From assembly GCF_009914755.1 (NCBI RefSeq), contig NC_060926.1: a DNA stretch of 64,000 nucleotides; one strand, written 5' to 3'. Numbering within the stretch: position 1 is the first letter of the stretch; each line of letters begins with the position of its first letter. This DNA comes from the human T2T-CHM13v2.0 reference genome, Homo sapiens. Made by a program: the position numbers and the translations under genes. This document shows positions 12,541 through 28,009 of the stretch, one piece after another. The notes under the pieces are model-generated. The model was not told the origin of the DNA. It did not search any database and saw nothing but the letters and a program-made list of their open reading frames with translations.

Positions 12541-14391
12541 TGTATTAGTTCATTTTCATGCTGCCAATAAAGACATATCCAAAACTGGGTAATTTATACA
12601 AGAAAAAGGGTTTAATGGACTTACAGTTCCACATGGCTCAAGAGGTCTCACAATCATGGCAGAAGGCAAGGAAGAAGATAGAGAGCTTGCACAGGGAAAC
12701 TCCCATTTTTAAAATCATCAGAGCTGGTAAGACTTATTCACTATTATGAGAACAACATGGGAAAGACCCACCCCTATGATTCAACTACCTCCCACTGGGT
12801 CCCTCATACAACACATGGGAATTCAAGATGAGATTTGGGTGGGGACACAGAGCCAAACCATATCATTCAGCCCCTGGCCCCTCTCAAATCTCATATCCTC
12901 ACATTTCAAAACAATCATGCCTTCCCAACAGTACCACAAAGTCTTAACTCATTTCAGCATTAATTCAAAAGTCCACAGTCGAAAGTCTTATCTGAGACAA
13001 GGCAAGTCCCCTCTGCCTACGAGCCTGTAAAATCAAAAGCAAGATAGTTACTTCCTAGATACAATGGAGGCACAGGCATTGGATAAATACGGCCATTCAA
13101 AATGGGAGAAATTGGCCAAAACAAAGGGGTTACAGGCCCTACACAAGTCTGAAATCCAAAGGGTGGCTTGCACCCTCTGAAGCCACAGCCTGAGCTCTAC
13201 ATTGGCCCCTTTCAGCCACAGCTGGAGAAGCTGGGACACAGGGCACCAAGTCCCTAGGCTGCACACAGCATGGGGACCCTGGGCCAGGCTCATGAAACCA
13301 CTTTTTCCTCCTAGGCCTCCAGGCCTGTGATGGGAGGGGCTGCCACAAAAGTCTCTGTCATGCCCTGGAGACATTTTCCCCATTGTCTTGGGGATTAATA
13401 TTTGGCTCCTCATTACTTATGCAAATTTCTGCAGCTGGCTTGAATTTCTCTTCAGAAAATGGGATTTTCTTTTCTATCACGTTGTCAGGCTGCAGATTTT
13501 GCAAAATTTTATGCTCTGTTTCCCTTTTAAAACTGAATGCCTTTAACAGCACCCCAGTCACCTCTTGAATGCTTTGCTGCTTAGAAATTTCTTCTGCCAG
13601 ATACCCTAAATCATCTCTCTCAAGTTCAAAGTTCCACAAATCTCTAAGGCGGAGGCAAAATGCTGGCAGTCTCTTTGCTAAAACATAACAAGAGTCACCT
13701 TTGCTCCAGGTCCCAACAAGTTCCTCATCTCCATCTGAGACCACCTCAGCCTGGATTTCTTTGTCCATATCCCAACCTTTGCTCCAGTTTACAACAAGTT
13801 CCTCATCTCCATGTGAGACCAACTCAGCCTGGATTTAATTGTCCACATTATTATCAGCATTTTGGTCAAAGTCATTCAACAAGTCTCTAGGGAGTTCCAA
13901 ACTTTTCCACATTTCCCTGTCTTCTTCTGAGCCCTCCAAACTGTTCCAACATCTGCCTGTTACCCAGTTCCAAAGTTGCTTCCACATTTTTGGGTATCTT
14001 TTCAGCAGCGCACCACTCTACTGGTACCAATTTGCTGTATTAGTCCATTTTCACTCTGCCAATAAAGACATACCTGAGACTGGGTTACTTATACAAGTTA
14101 TAAGGGTTTAATGGACTTACAGTTCCATGTGGCTGGAGAGGCCTCACAATCATGGCGGAAGGCATGGAGGAGCAAGTCATGTCTTAGATGGATGGCAGCA
14201 GGCAAAGAGAGAGCTTGTGCAGAGAAACTCATATTTTTAAAACCATAAGATCTCATGAGACTTATTCACTATTACAAGAACATTAAAAGGAAGACCCACC
14301 CCCATGATTCAGTTACCTCCCACTGGGTCCTTTCCACAACACATGGGAATTCAAGATGAGATCTGGATGGGGACACAGCCAAACCATATCA
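12541..14391 (-). mobile_element. THE1 (THE1A/B-like) MaLR element: LTR 12541-12865, internal 12866-14035, LTR 14036-14391
   Basis: Two LTRs 'tgtattagt...ccaaaccatatca' flank THE1 internal sequence; 5-bp TSD gaatt/ggatt. Confidence 0.95.
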
Positions 14392-14637
14392 GGATTCATG
14401 ACAATAATGTTTCTTATAATTTATAACAATTCCAGGTTTCTTGAGAGCAGTGTTCACGCTTTTTTTTCTATTTGAATAATTCAACAGGTCACAATAGAAC
14501 CATAATATAGCAGTATTTCAAAAAAAGATGTTACTTCTTTGGTTTTACCCACTCCAGGCACAGAAACTTACTGTAACAGTTAGATAAAATCTAATATCTG
14601 GAAAAGGTGCTTTAAATCAAAACTTAGTGATAGTTAA

Positions 14638-15020
<383 letters not shown>

Positions 15021-16659
15021 TAAAATCCATTTAGCTAAGAAGATTGTTCACCATTTGGTAGAGTAAGAGTTGAAACTGTGTTTCTTCTATTGATGTCATT
15101 ACAACTTTTGTTTAGTACAACTCTTCTGGCTGGAGAAATTCATGGTATATGATGTTGAACTATTTCACAGCTAATATTGTGGAAGCCACGAAAGCACTCA
15201 GTTTAATGATAAAAACAAATTAGACTTCCATAAGCACAGGTTTGTTGACATTGTCAATTTTACTTAGGCACCATTGCAAATACTCACAATTTCATATTTG
15301 GTTATTGTAAACAGAAATACGTTATTTTATCTCTGAAAAAAAACATACATTTCAACCTTCCTAGAAAAAAGTATGTAATGTGGAACTTTCCAATCATTCA
15401 CCAATACATGAAAAATTCAGTTCTCACCCAGAATTACAATCCAGATTATGACACGTTACACATTAGTAAATTACTCATAAGTTCTAGTTGGATATCTTTG
15501 TTTCACAGAACAATTTATTAGGAAAAAAAAAAAGAATGTGATAGATCAAAGCGTGGCCAAAGGGAGAAAGATTATATCTGTAGAGAAATAAAGAAAAGGC
15601 ATAGATCTTTGGGACATTATACTTCTGGAGAATGCCAATATCAATTGATAAAAATTAAGCTTTGAGAAATTTCCTAAAGAATGTCTGAGAATAAAAACTA
15701 TCCCAGTGGCACATGTGACATTCCAATAAATTAACCATGCTAGAGGTAACGCTGAGAATTTTAGCAAATGGAAATAGGTGATATCCCAGTAGCACTTAGC
15801 TACATACCTTGACTATAAGAGGCTGAGAAACCTCATAGAAAAGAAATTGAACTCTGTTCATATTTGGGTTTTAGTTATATACAGATGTGACAGACTGCAG
15901 TGTGAGAATGTGGTAAAATGTAATTGGAGCCAAATAATGGGCATACAGAGAGCAGGGTTCCCTTGAGAAAAAAATCAGCATAAATGGGGAATACGTTTGG
16001 CACAATGAGCCAGATACAGCAAAACATCTTAGTGGGGAAAACTGGTGGTTGAAGACACAGCCTGAAGAAGTGTTTGAAGCCATAAGACTCAGCCCTCTGG
16101 ACTGAGGAGAGCTGCCTATGGTCTTTGAGAAAGAGAAGACTGTGTAATAACCTGAAACAACACTATTGCTTCTACCCAAAGTTAATGAATTTTAAAATTT
16201 AAAGAGCTACATCAAACCAATTCTTCTGAGGAGTAATAACTGTCCCTCTACTTCCACACAGAACAAAAAAAGCAAGATTGAGATGGAGGAAACGTTTCTG
16301 TCAGATAAAAGAGATTACCTTGGATCTGAGACAGGTAGAATGGTGATGAGGTCCAAGCACAGGTAATAGAGAAAAAACGGCCATGGACCAGTTGTGGCCT
16401 AAGAAGAGAACACTGTAGATGGTGCAAGAAGTGTAAAAGTGAGGAGCAAAGTGATGGATGCCAACAGCACAAGTAGATGGCAGGTACAAAAGTAAAGGTG
16501 CAGGGATACAGAGTGGATTTTAAAATGTACATTAATACATGCTTATGTTAATAGGTGCTGTGTACCCCATCCTTTCTCCCCAAAAGAAGCCCTGTGGTTA
16601 AACAGGATTGTGAAACATGCACCCATAACTCCCCTTCAAGATTCACAACACATATTTGA

Positions 16660-17102
<443 letters not shown>

Positions 17103-18913
17103 TAAAGTTTTTCAAGTTTTAAAACTACCACAATATAGCAAGCAACTCAATGTATTAAACAATGATAGGTTCTTAAGAAATGTTTCATGAATATTCAAAA
17201 GCTTTAAAGTCAATACATGTTCTAATTTTTCTAGAAATAAAATTGTTACTAATTCACATGGAAATACTTTATACCCAAAATAGTTTAAGCTACACATTTT
17301 AAAAACATAGTTCTTACTACTAGCTCTAAAATATTCATAAAAAGGGAAGGTAAGTATTCAAGCCACAAAACGTTATAGTTTCTTTGATAATAGCAATGTG
17401 CTTTTTTCAGTGTCACAAATTAGTAGTTTTCATTTGTTAGATACAGCTGCATATTTCATAATTTATATTTGTGCAACAAAGTCTGGCATTTCAGAGAAGT
17501 TTCCCTTATCTACAGTTATTTCTATGTTTTAAAAAATTGGAGAAGAAACAGATGTTGAATAATGAAATTTATTTTAAACTATTTTAGAAGTATTTGGCAG
17601 CAACTACTAGAGTATTAGTAAGAGAACAGTGCTTGTAAAAATGGCAAGTTTATTTTGCATGTACTTTCTTGGAAGAAAAATAATTTAAAATGAAACAAAG
17701 AAGTATTATCAAATGTGTATCATAGAAACATTTATTAATAAGGAAAACAACTTTCAGTAAACACTGTATTTCATCATCATGAGTTTGAGTCCATAAAACT
17801 CTGTGCATCCATTCATAGATACAATATATTGAAGAAAAAACTACAAATTCTTTCTGCTTTTTGTAATATGTGGCTTTTAAAAATAAGCCTGGTGATTTTA
17901 TCCTTTTTTCCCTACCTTTGAATTTATACTACAGCTTTCAAATTAACCCTACTTCAGAAAATAGACTAATTCATGACCCAATATTCTTCTGCAATGATTT
18001 CTGAAAGATTTTGTGGTTTGAATAATAATTCAAGTTTCTGGAACTATCTGGCCATTTTGCATATGTTCATTTCATTCTTGGTCAACGTATGTTTCTACAT
18101 CATTAATATAATTTTAAAGTATCCACAAGGCTATTTTTGTGGCTATCTTAAGAGATAATTCCAATAAATAGGAGGTGGTTATATTTCAAATGATTTGGGA
18201 TAAAATAATAGTTGGCTTAACCCAAAATTGTACAATTTTTTTAAATTATTTGTAACAAGATTAGCCAATTCTGCAGTTCTCTTTGGCAGACCAAAAAAGA
18301 TTTTATTAAAATAAACTTTCAGGAAATGAAGTTAGCAATATATACAGTAGGCATATATTATCTCAGGATTATTTTCTCACTAAAATCCTCTAAGATGGCT
18401 ATTGAAATTTCATACCAGCAATTATCATTAATTGCAAGCATAGACCAAAATAGACAAAATAGAGATAGTTTACATGTCATATTGAAATAAGGTAGCAGTT
18501 TTTAAGCAATGAACCTATCATTAATGAAAAGCTTAAATTCTTTCTCCAGTTGGTCTTGAAGTATGAGGTTTACAGTGTATGTTATGGCAAAACTCCAGCA
18601 GCTGACTAATTTATAAATAGGGAGTAGATTGGTTATAGTTTCCTATGGTAATTCAGGATTCAAGTTTCTTTATTCAAAAATAATTTAGAAGTCATTAAGG
18701 GATTTGAGTATAATTGAAGTACAATAAATTGTCATTGCAATTTTATTCCAGAGTTCCAAATTTAGGTGTTAAAAGTGGTTCTTTTATCTATGATTATCTT
18801 GATTGAGTAATCCTGCTTAATTATTTAATTAAAGCATAAAACAATTCAAATAACACAGACACCACTCAATCCCAAACTGTCAGCTGAATTAAGGCCAGTG
18901 TAGTTATCTGTGT

Positions 18914-19260
<347 letters not shown>

Positions 19261-19399
19261 TGAAGAAGGAAGAATAGCACTTTTCACTTCTGGTCTACAG
19301 CCAAGTCATGTCTCCCATGAAAATATTTACAATATGATAAGAATGAACAATATTCAAGATGCTTAAGGTGCTAGGGAAATGAAACACATAGCAGCAGCA

Positions 19400-19630
19400 G
19401 CTCCCACTTAAATAGGGCTTACTGTGTACAGAGTACAGGTCCTAGAGCTTTGGATATATGAACTGATTTAATTTGCACGGCAAATTCATGAGGTTACTAC
19501 TATAACACCCCATTTTACAGATGAGGGCTAAAACATCGAAAGGGTTAGTAACTTGCCAAGGTCATGAACTTGGTAAATCAAAGAGCCAAAATTAAAACCC
19601 AGACAATTTGACTTCATAACCCATGCTCTT
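19400..19630 (-). mobile_element. MIR
   Basis: 'ccccattttacagatgagg', 'gggttagtaacttgccaaggtca' and 'cccatgctcttagcca'. Confidence 0.8.
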
Positions 19631-20174
19631 AGCCAAGTAACAAAGTTTAACCAGGCTAGAGAGTAACACTTGGCCAATTGTCCCAAATATCTGAGACCAA
19701 ACAATCTGGAGTCACTTTAGCTAGAATCTTCAATAGAGTGGCTAACATTACTGATATTATTTTCTGCAACCTCCTTCCCTCCCTTACTTGAAAATTTATC
19801 TTAGACCTCTACTGATTTCTCTACTTTCTTCCTTCATTGGGGATAAGTATCCCTCTTCCTTTCCAAGGCTAACTGAACGTTCCACTTTAGCACTTAATTC
19901 CATCCCCTATCATACTCTTTAAATAACCTTGATTCTTAACTGTCCTGACCCTACTACACAGTACCTCTCTCTTCACCCAAGCCTATATATTTCCATCTCT
20001 ACTTCTTTGAGAAAAGAAATAATACCACAACCCTACTCCCCCATAGAGCTACCATACCATCTTCATTCCTTTACCCTTGATATTTTCATTTTAAGGAAAA
20101 GCGGCTAAAATGGGTCCAAATCAATCACCATGCTTTAGTCAGAGACTAAAAAGGAATCATGATGTGAATTTTTC

Positions 20175-20390
20175 AATTTCTGTGATGTAAAGAGAACAGA
20201 ACCTGGAGCCAGAAGTCTACCCTGCTTAACGGTATGAAGTCTGGGCATCAATCACATGCAAAATGGGAATAATGACACTATTTCACTGGGTTCTTGTGAG
20301 GATTACATGTGAGCAAGTGTAGAAACAGCACTCAAATTGATGGGGGGCATGGCTCTACACAATAAAAAATTTTTAAATATTTGTTGAATA
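20175..20390 (+). mobile_element. MIR relic
   Basis: 'gcaaaatgggaataatgacac...gttcttgtgaggatta'. Confidence 0.55.
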
Positions 20391-20561
20391 TGAATTAGAA
20401 GGATTATAATAATAAAGTTAGAAAAATATCCTCTAATAATCAATAAAAAGATCAAAATTGATGAAAAGGAGAGAGTGCCAGTGTGTAAATGAGAGACAGA
20501 TCAAGATCATGGGGGAGGAAATGATATTCTGTAGACACTAATACTCAAAATGTACACTAGA

Positions 20562-20655
20562 ATTCATTCATTCAGCAAATATTAATAAAACACCTACTGT
20601 GTTCCTAGAACTGGTCATGGCATTTGAGATTCATAGTGAACTAAACAGACAGAAT
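20562..20655 (-). mobile_element. L2 3' end relic
   Basis: 'attcattcattcagcaaatatt...cacctactgtgt' is the typical antisense L2 tail. Confidence 0.6.
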
Positions 20656-20907
20656 CTTTCTGCCATCTGACTCTGCCCACTCCAAAAGATTAACCCTTCT
20701 AAAGAACCATCGTGATGGGTTATTTCCTAGTTTGAAAGTCTTAAATAGTTCTTTATTGTCTACTTAATAAATTCCTAGCCTCCTAACCTGTCATCCAATG
20801 TCTTTTATATTTTCTCAAGCTCAAAACATTTTTTTCAGCTTAATTTCTTACTATTTCAACTTTTCCCCTCAAAAGACAGTAAAAAAAAAAAAACATTTTA
20901 AAAAGAC

Positions 20908-22028
20908 CAGGACATAGGCATGGGCAAGGACTTCATGTCTAAAACACCAAAACCAAAGTCAACAAAAGCCAAAATTGACAAATGGGACCTAATTAAACTA
21001 AAGAGCTTCGCACAGCAAAAGAAACTACCATCAGAGTGAACAGCCAATCTAAAGAATGGGAGAAAAATTTTGCAATCTACTCATCTGACAAAGGAGTAAT
21101 ATCCAGAATCTACAAAGAGCTCAAACAAATTTACAAGAAAAAAAACAAACAACCCCATCAACAAGTGGGCGAAGGATATGAACAGACATTTCTCAAAAGA
21201 AGACATTTATGCAGCCAAAAGACACATGAAAAAATGCTCATCATCACTGGCCATCAGAAAAATGCAAATCAAAACCACAATGAGATACCATCTCACATCA
21301 GTTAGAATGGTGATCATGAAAAAGTCAGGAAACAACAGGTGCTGGAGAGGATGTGGAGAAATAGGAACACTTTTACACTGTTGGTGGGACTGTAAACTAG
21401 TTCAACCATTGTGGACGACAGTGTGGTGATTCCTCAAGGATCTAGAACTAGAAATACCATTTGACCCAGCCATCCCATTACTGGGTATATACCCAAAGGA
21501 TTATAAATCATGCTGCTATAAAGACACATGCACACGTATGTTTATTGCGGCACTATTCACAATAGCAAAGACTTGGAACCAATCCAAATGTCCATCAATG
21601 ATAGACTGGATTAAGAAAATGTGGCACATATACACCATGGAATACTATGCAGCCATAAAAAGGATGAGTTCATGTCCTTTGTAGGGACATGGATGAAGCT
21701 GGAAACAATCATTCTCAGCAAACTATCGCAAGGACAAAAAAACCAAACACCCCATGTTCTCACTCACAGGTGGGAATTGAACAGTGAGAACACTTGGACA
21801 CAGGAAGGGGAACATCACACACCAGGGCCTGTTGTGGGGTGGGGGGAGTGGGGAGGGATAGCATTAGGAGATATACCTAAAGTAAATGACGAGTTAAGGG
21901 GTGCAGCACACCAACATGGCACATGTATACATATGTAACAAACCTGCACATTGTGCACATGTACCCTATTAAAGTATAATAATAAAAAATAAATAAAATT
22001 TTAAAATATTACTTTTAAACATAAAAAA
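20908..22028 (+). mobile_element. L1PA (PA5/6-like) 3' ~1.1 kb with degenerate ORF2 C-terminus
   Basis: [45 protein letters not shown] is the L1 ORF2 Cys-rich domain; 3' UTR present; TSD taaaaagac on both sides. Confidence 0.95.
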
Positions 22029-22109
22029 TAAAAAGACTCTAGAACTGCTCTAGTTTTGGAATCAAAGTATATTTTAGTATAGCTGGGACATTTGAGAAGT
22101 TTGAGAAAG

Positions 22110-22700
22110 GAAGAATTGCAGATGATGGGACTGTGAAGGAAAATTGGACTCCAGCCAGATTATAAAGGACATTATATGCCACACTAAGAAGTCTCAGTTT
22201 GTTCATAAAGACAACTGAACATTGTTATAACCAAGAAGTGTTATGATCAGATCTGTGTTATTGAAAGGTAATTCTGGGGACAGTTGTAGGATGAATTTGA
22301 AGAGATGTCTGGTGGCATGAGAAACAGCTAAGAGAATATTGCCATAATGATGAGAGATGGTGACAGCTAAATGAATAATGCAGTGGAGCTCATGGCACGA
22401 AGGACCTTATTCCTAGGAAACATTTCAGAGCTATTACCAATAAGGTCAGAGACAGGTTGGCAGAATGGTTTAATAGTTATGTGGTTCTGGAATCAGACTG
22501 CCCTTGTCTCAGACCTGTCTTGCCCAATTACTAGTTTATGACTTTTGTCAAGTTACCATATCTCTCTTACATTCATTTTCCTCATTTTTAATGTAGAGAT
22601 AAATACCATCTACCTCCAGAGATGCTATAAGAATTAAAGTCAATACTCCATACCGAGTTCTTGGCAACAAGCCGGCTAAGGAAGTGCTTTATGAATGTTA
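22110..22700 (+). mobile_element. L2 relic followed by MIR relic
   Basis: 'atgccacactaagaagtc', 'atgatcagatctgtgt' (L2); 'ctggaatcagactgccc', 'attttcctcatttttaatg' (MIR). Confidence 0.55.
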
Positions 22701-25700
22701 GCTATAAGCTGTAAAACGTAGAGAGTCAGAAGCAACATTTCCTCCCAGCTTTGTGTGTCTTCGAATTTGTTGAGCATTCCTTATGCTGTACATATATTGC
22801 ATGTTTACCTTTATTGAACCATTCTTCATGCCGTCTCTTTCAGTTTGATTTCCATCTGCTAAAATCCAACCTAATCCCAAGTCCTTGATTTACTCATCTT
22901 TTAATTCCCAGTGCTTTAACACATTTTAGATTTCAATTAAATTTGGTCGAAGTTCTCTGAAAACCTCACCAAACATGTTTTTTTCACCCTCTGAACTTTC
23001 ACAGGACTTCATATTATTCTTGACCCTTACCACAGATAATCTTGCATTTGAGGACTTAATGTATGTAACTGATCTCCCTTCATTGCTCTGTGAGACCCTT
23101 CCCCACTGCAATTCTTTTGGTGCTTTGCACCTAATTAGATTGGTCTCTTACAAGATAAGTCTGAGCATAACTGTTTAATGATTCACTCACGCACACACTC
23201 AGTGACAAATAATTCAAAGGAAAACCATCAACTAGATTTTAAGCACCTATTGACCTAAACTGATTCTCCTTGTAGTCAATACTTACTTCTAATGTTTCAT
23301 CATCCTGGAACCTGTAGTGGGAAAGCAGTCTGAAAGATGCTCATTAAGTAATCTTGAATTCATACAATTTAGTTCTCTGTTGATTGCCCTTGGGCACTTT
23401 ATTATTCTTACAAAACCTTTCCAAAAAGTAAAACTCAAATTTTCTCAATTTAAGATAATTTTAACTTTTAAGCAAACGTCATGCTATAATTTAACAGAGA
23501 TGATAGCTGTTTATCCTGATTGAGTCACATCACATTTCACTGTGTGGGCAGGCATCTGAATGTTTCACAAACAGCAGTTATGAAGGGTGTAAATATTGGT
23601 TGGCTTAACTTAGTTTAGAAACACAAGGCTGCTACGGCCAGTGATCTAAACCACCACCACTGTTCCACTAAAATATTTTGGGTAGGGCTTTAAAATGTTT
23701 TGGGAGGGCAGCCAGCCAAACACATGTGCCATCCAGATTTCCAAGTCTAGGAGTGGGAAAGAGGGAAACCTGCCTGAGCATGCGCAGAGCAGAGAGCAAC
23801 CCCACAGTCACTTCTTCTATGCTCTAGTGCTGTGCCCCTGCCTGGGCCCCTGGCAGCACAACCGTCCTGACTGCAGCCACTCCAGGCCCTGTGGCATACA
23901 ACATTCACCCTGACATTACGCCAGAATCAGGCTGCCTCTGCCTGTCACCAGGGGCCAAAAGACAGGATTCCACTGCATCTGAAGCAAATGTTGTTGAGGC
24001 ATGCCAGGAAAACTGTGAATCAGAGGCCAATTTGGGAAGCAAACCACCTCACAGATTTCTTGCTCAACCTAGGAACAAAACTCCTATCATTTGAAAGCAT
24101 CAATATACACCTCCTTCATTCCAAAGACATCATAGCCATTCTGTATCTTATAACCTCTATTCTGCTACCCACAAGTGGTTGTTATATTTATTCATCAGAC
24201 ACACAAATAAGTATCTGCACACTGCATCCTACACCCCTTCCCAAGGGTATGCCTTATGGCACATAGACGGCAAAAGCAATGTATCACTCCCACTTCTACC
24301 AATCAGAAAACAGGCTATCCACATTCTTTTCCATGTATTAGAAACATGTGCCTCTGATCCAAAGACTTTTGGTTGATAGGACTCTCAGAATGCAAACATA
24401 AGTTCCAAGTATAAATTAACAGAATGTGTAGTTAATTTAAAAATAAACAGTTAAAATCCAAACATATTAAAAGTCCAATTCAAATATAAATTTCATGCAT
24501 ATCAAAAATTTGCACTCTCTAATTATTAAAACGGTAACATTTGTGTAGTCATTCAACATTTTTTCCAATGTACAATAAAATTTATAGGGTGATTTTAATG
24601 CCATCTGTACTTCTGCTTTTCTCCATCCAAATGGCAACCTTATTTTCCCCAACCCCAACATCCAAAATCTCTTTGATGTTGGAATTCTTTTGCTGAAACC
24701 TACTAAAATTTGGACAACTGTTTGAAAAATTCAATATTCTCACAGAAAGACTACATTTATATTGCTCATGATAAAATAATTATTTGTGCATCAAAAGATA
24801 GACTGCTATCTAAATAACTACTTTTTAAAATGTGAGCATGATTCAATTTGATAAACATTAATTAACTTTACTATAGGTTGGTTCCAATGCTAGACATTAT
24901 ATATAATAAATATAAGCCCCCTCAATGAGCTTATAATCTAATGGGTAAAATAGATATTAAAATATCTAACTATAACCTAAAATGGAATAATGTAAGAACT
25001 AAAGTGAATTATAAACATGTTATAAGATTAAAATGGAAAGAACTAATCATCTTGATGAAGGGATTAAGATAATGTTTCATAAAGGAAGTAGCACATGAGC
25101 ACCTTGAAAGATGAGTAAGATTATGATAGAAAAGAGATGAAGAATCTTCTACTCTCTAAAACATCATAGCTTAAAAGTACAAAGTGGGTGCAGAAACTCA
25201 CAAATAGCATGGAACGGCCAGAGGACGTGGCATGATTATGACCTTCAGCATTTATATGTTAGTTATTTACTACACATTCAGATGTCTCTATCTCGTGCCT
25301 GTTATATTCCAGGCAGAGTACCTGGCACTGAGGATTCAACAAGGGTTGAGATTTAGTCTTGCCTTCCTATATAGAGAGGATTTTGTAAAATTTCATTTTC
25401 GTAGGCAAAAAGAAGTTTGTGAAGGTTCTCATGGAAAGAGATGGAATAAATGAGCCTGTGTTTTGAGAGCACTATCCTTTGAAAACACATCAAACAGATT
25501 GGAGGGACAAGACTGAAAACAGGAAGAGTTTCAAGTATCTTGGAGGACACTTATACTCTGCAGTGCTATTTTCTTCCTGGTAGAATTAAGGCCACCAGCA
25601 GTATTACCCAAGGCTTCTCTTCTCACTGTGACATGGAGAAATGATTTGCCAGATTGGTGAATTTCAAAGGAGAAACCAGGCATGTAGAGTTCTGTTCACC

Positions 25701-25877
25701 CCTCCTCCTGATCTCTTGGGAAAGCACCTGACCTTGGAGATCTGTTCTCCTCATCTTCTCCAGGCTACAAGTTGTCCACAGCTGACTATAACTGGGTGGG
25801 TAAGGCTGGCTAATTCAAAAGTTTATATTTAGGAAAATCTGGAGATCTTTGCAAATCAGAAAAGATTGTCCTCATAT

Positions 25878-26153
25878 TTTTTATTTTATTTTTTTGAGAT
25901 AGAGTCTCGCTCTGTTGCCCAGACTGGAGTGCAGTGGTGCAATCTCAGCTCTCTGCAACCTCCACCTCCCAGGTTCAAGTGATTCTGGGACTACAGGAGC
26001 ACACCACCATGCCCAGCTAATTTTTTTGTATTTTTAGTAGAGACAGGGTTTCACCATGTTGGCCACGCTGGTCTCAAACTCCTGACCTCATGACCTGCCT
26101 GCCTCGGCCTCCCAAAGTGTTGGGATTACAGGCGTAAGCCACCGCGCCCAGCC
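25878..26153 (-). mobile_element. AluS with ~24-bp internal deletion
   Basis: 'caagtgattct|gggactacagg' skips cctgcctcagcctcccgagtagct; TSD a(t/c)tgtcctcata on both sides. Confidence 0.95.
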
Positions 26154-27058
26154 ACTGTCCTCATACTTTTATACCTGCATAGTATTCCCTTTTTGGATGC
26201 ATCTTAACATTACTGTTGGAAACTTAGGTTATTTGCAAGGTTTCCTATTATAAACAATACTGCAGTTAATGACTTGTGCAGACCTCATTTCATATATTTA
26301 TCCACTTATCTGTGATCTAAGTACCTAGAAGGAAAGTCTATATACATTCACAATTTTAGTAGACATTGCTCAGTTGTCCTCCACATGGTTGGACTAATTT
26401 ATGTACAGCAATATATGAGAGCCAATTTACCCCACATTACTTGCCATTCCAATATTTAGATTTTTATTCAGGTTCCTCAGTTTATAGAAAATGTATTTTA
26501 TAGAACATTTTCTAATCTTGGCACACTGTGAAAGTTAAAATTCTTATTATGTATGACAATTCTCTGCCTAAACAATTTGTGAGGTTCTAAAATATAAAAA
26601 CATTATGTGAACATCAAGGTGCATGGATCTCCTCACTTATTTAATTTTAATATTTTAAGATATATCTCAATATATGGAAAAACATACTCTGAGCTTCAAT
26701 ATAGTCAAATGTAATTTGACTTTAAAACAGATTTTGCTTTTCTGAATTGGAATTTGAAATGCCAAAATATCTAAGTTGTACTCAGATGTAATGTTTATTA
26801 CCACAGGTGTAACAACAAATGTAATTATTGTCAGTTAAACAATTTTAAGATGTGTGATATGCAGGGAAATGGGCCAGATCTTGGAAATAGAAAGAAAAAT
26901 AAGATACCTGTTACCCCCTTCCCTCAGAGTAATTACCATGCATTAATAATTACTACAGAATATAGTAAAAGACAACTTCCAAGTGGAGAAGTATTTTATT
27001 TCAACCAATGAAAAGCCTTTTTACCTATACAATACTACCTCTTATTAAAATACATCTA

Positions 27059-27399
<341 letters not shown>

Positions 27400-28009
27400 T
27401 TATTTATGTTTGTCGTGAAAATCAGTTCTGTTGGGTTAATATCTATTATTTATGTTGTGAAGTTAATTTCTGTCCATGCAAAAGTATGAGTCCAGATAAT
27501 TACATTGATAATGCTACAAATTTTGGCAGAGTGGTCATCTCATATTTTCTTCCACTGGTCCATAAAAACTAAAACATTGCAGCTGACAATTACCCTACAA
27601 TATCTAATTTTATATCCAAAATAACTTATTTACATTGTTGCTTTTTCCCCATAATTTTAAATGACCAGTCTTTTCTGAATGGACATCTTAGCTAAAAACA
27701 TCTGATCATTTTATTAGGAAGAGCAGATAATAACTAATTCAGTAAAAAGTGAAAGCATTCTACTTTTGCTTAACATGATAACTCTGGTCCCAGAACTGCT
27801 GAAAAAATGCACTATGCAGTTTCATAACTAAGTCCTGTCCTCAAAATGAAAGATTGTAAGGAATATGATGTGTTTGAGTCTGTGTGGGAGACTTGTAATG
27901 TTAGAAGAGTTCTTTTTTTCCATTCATATATGGGATTTAATTCCTCTTTCACCTAAAAGAGGAAGGACAGGGAACCTCAGCAGCCCAGAAAAAGCCACGT
28001 CGCCAGAGA

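Noticed and set aside
13358-13822. 154-aa ORF with protein-like composition
   Set aside because: Lies in the THE1 internal region; it is the decayed MaLR ORF plus the local duplication, not a host gene
17700-17740. Possible minus-strand poly(A) site (AATAAA with U-rich downstream)
   Set aside because: AATAAA is very frequent at this AT content, and no terminal exon could be defined
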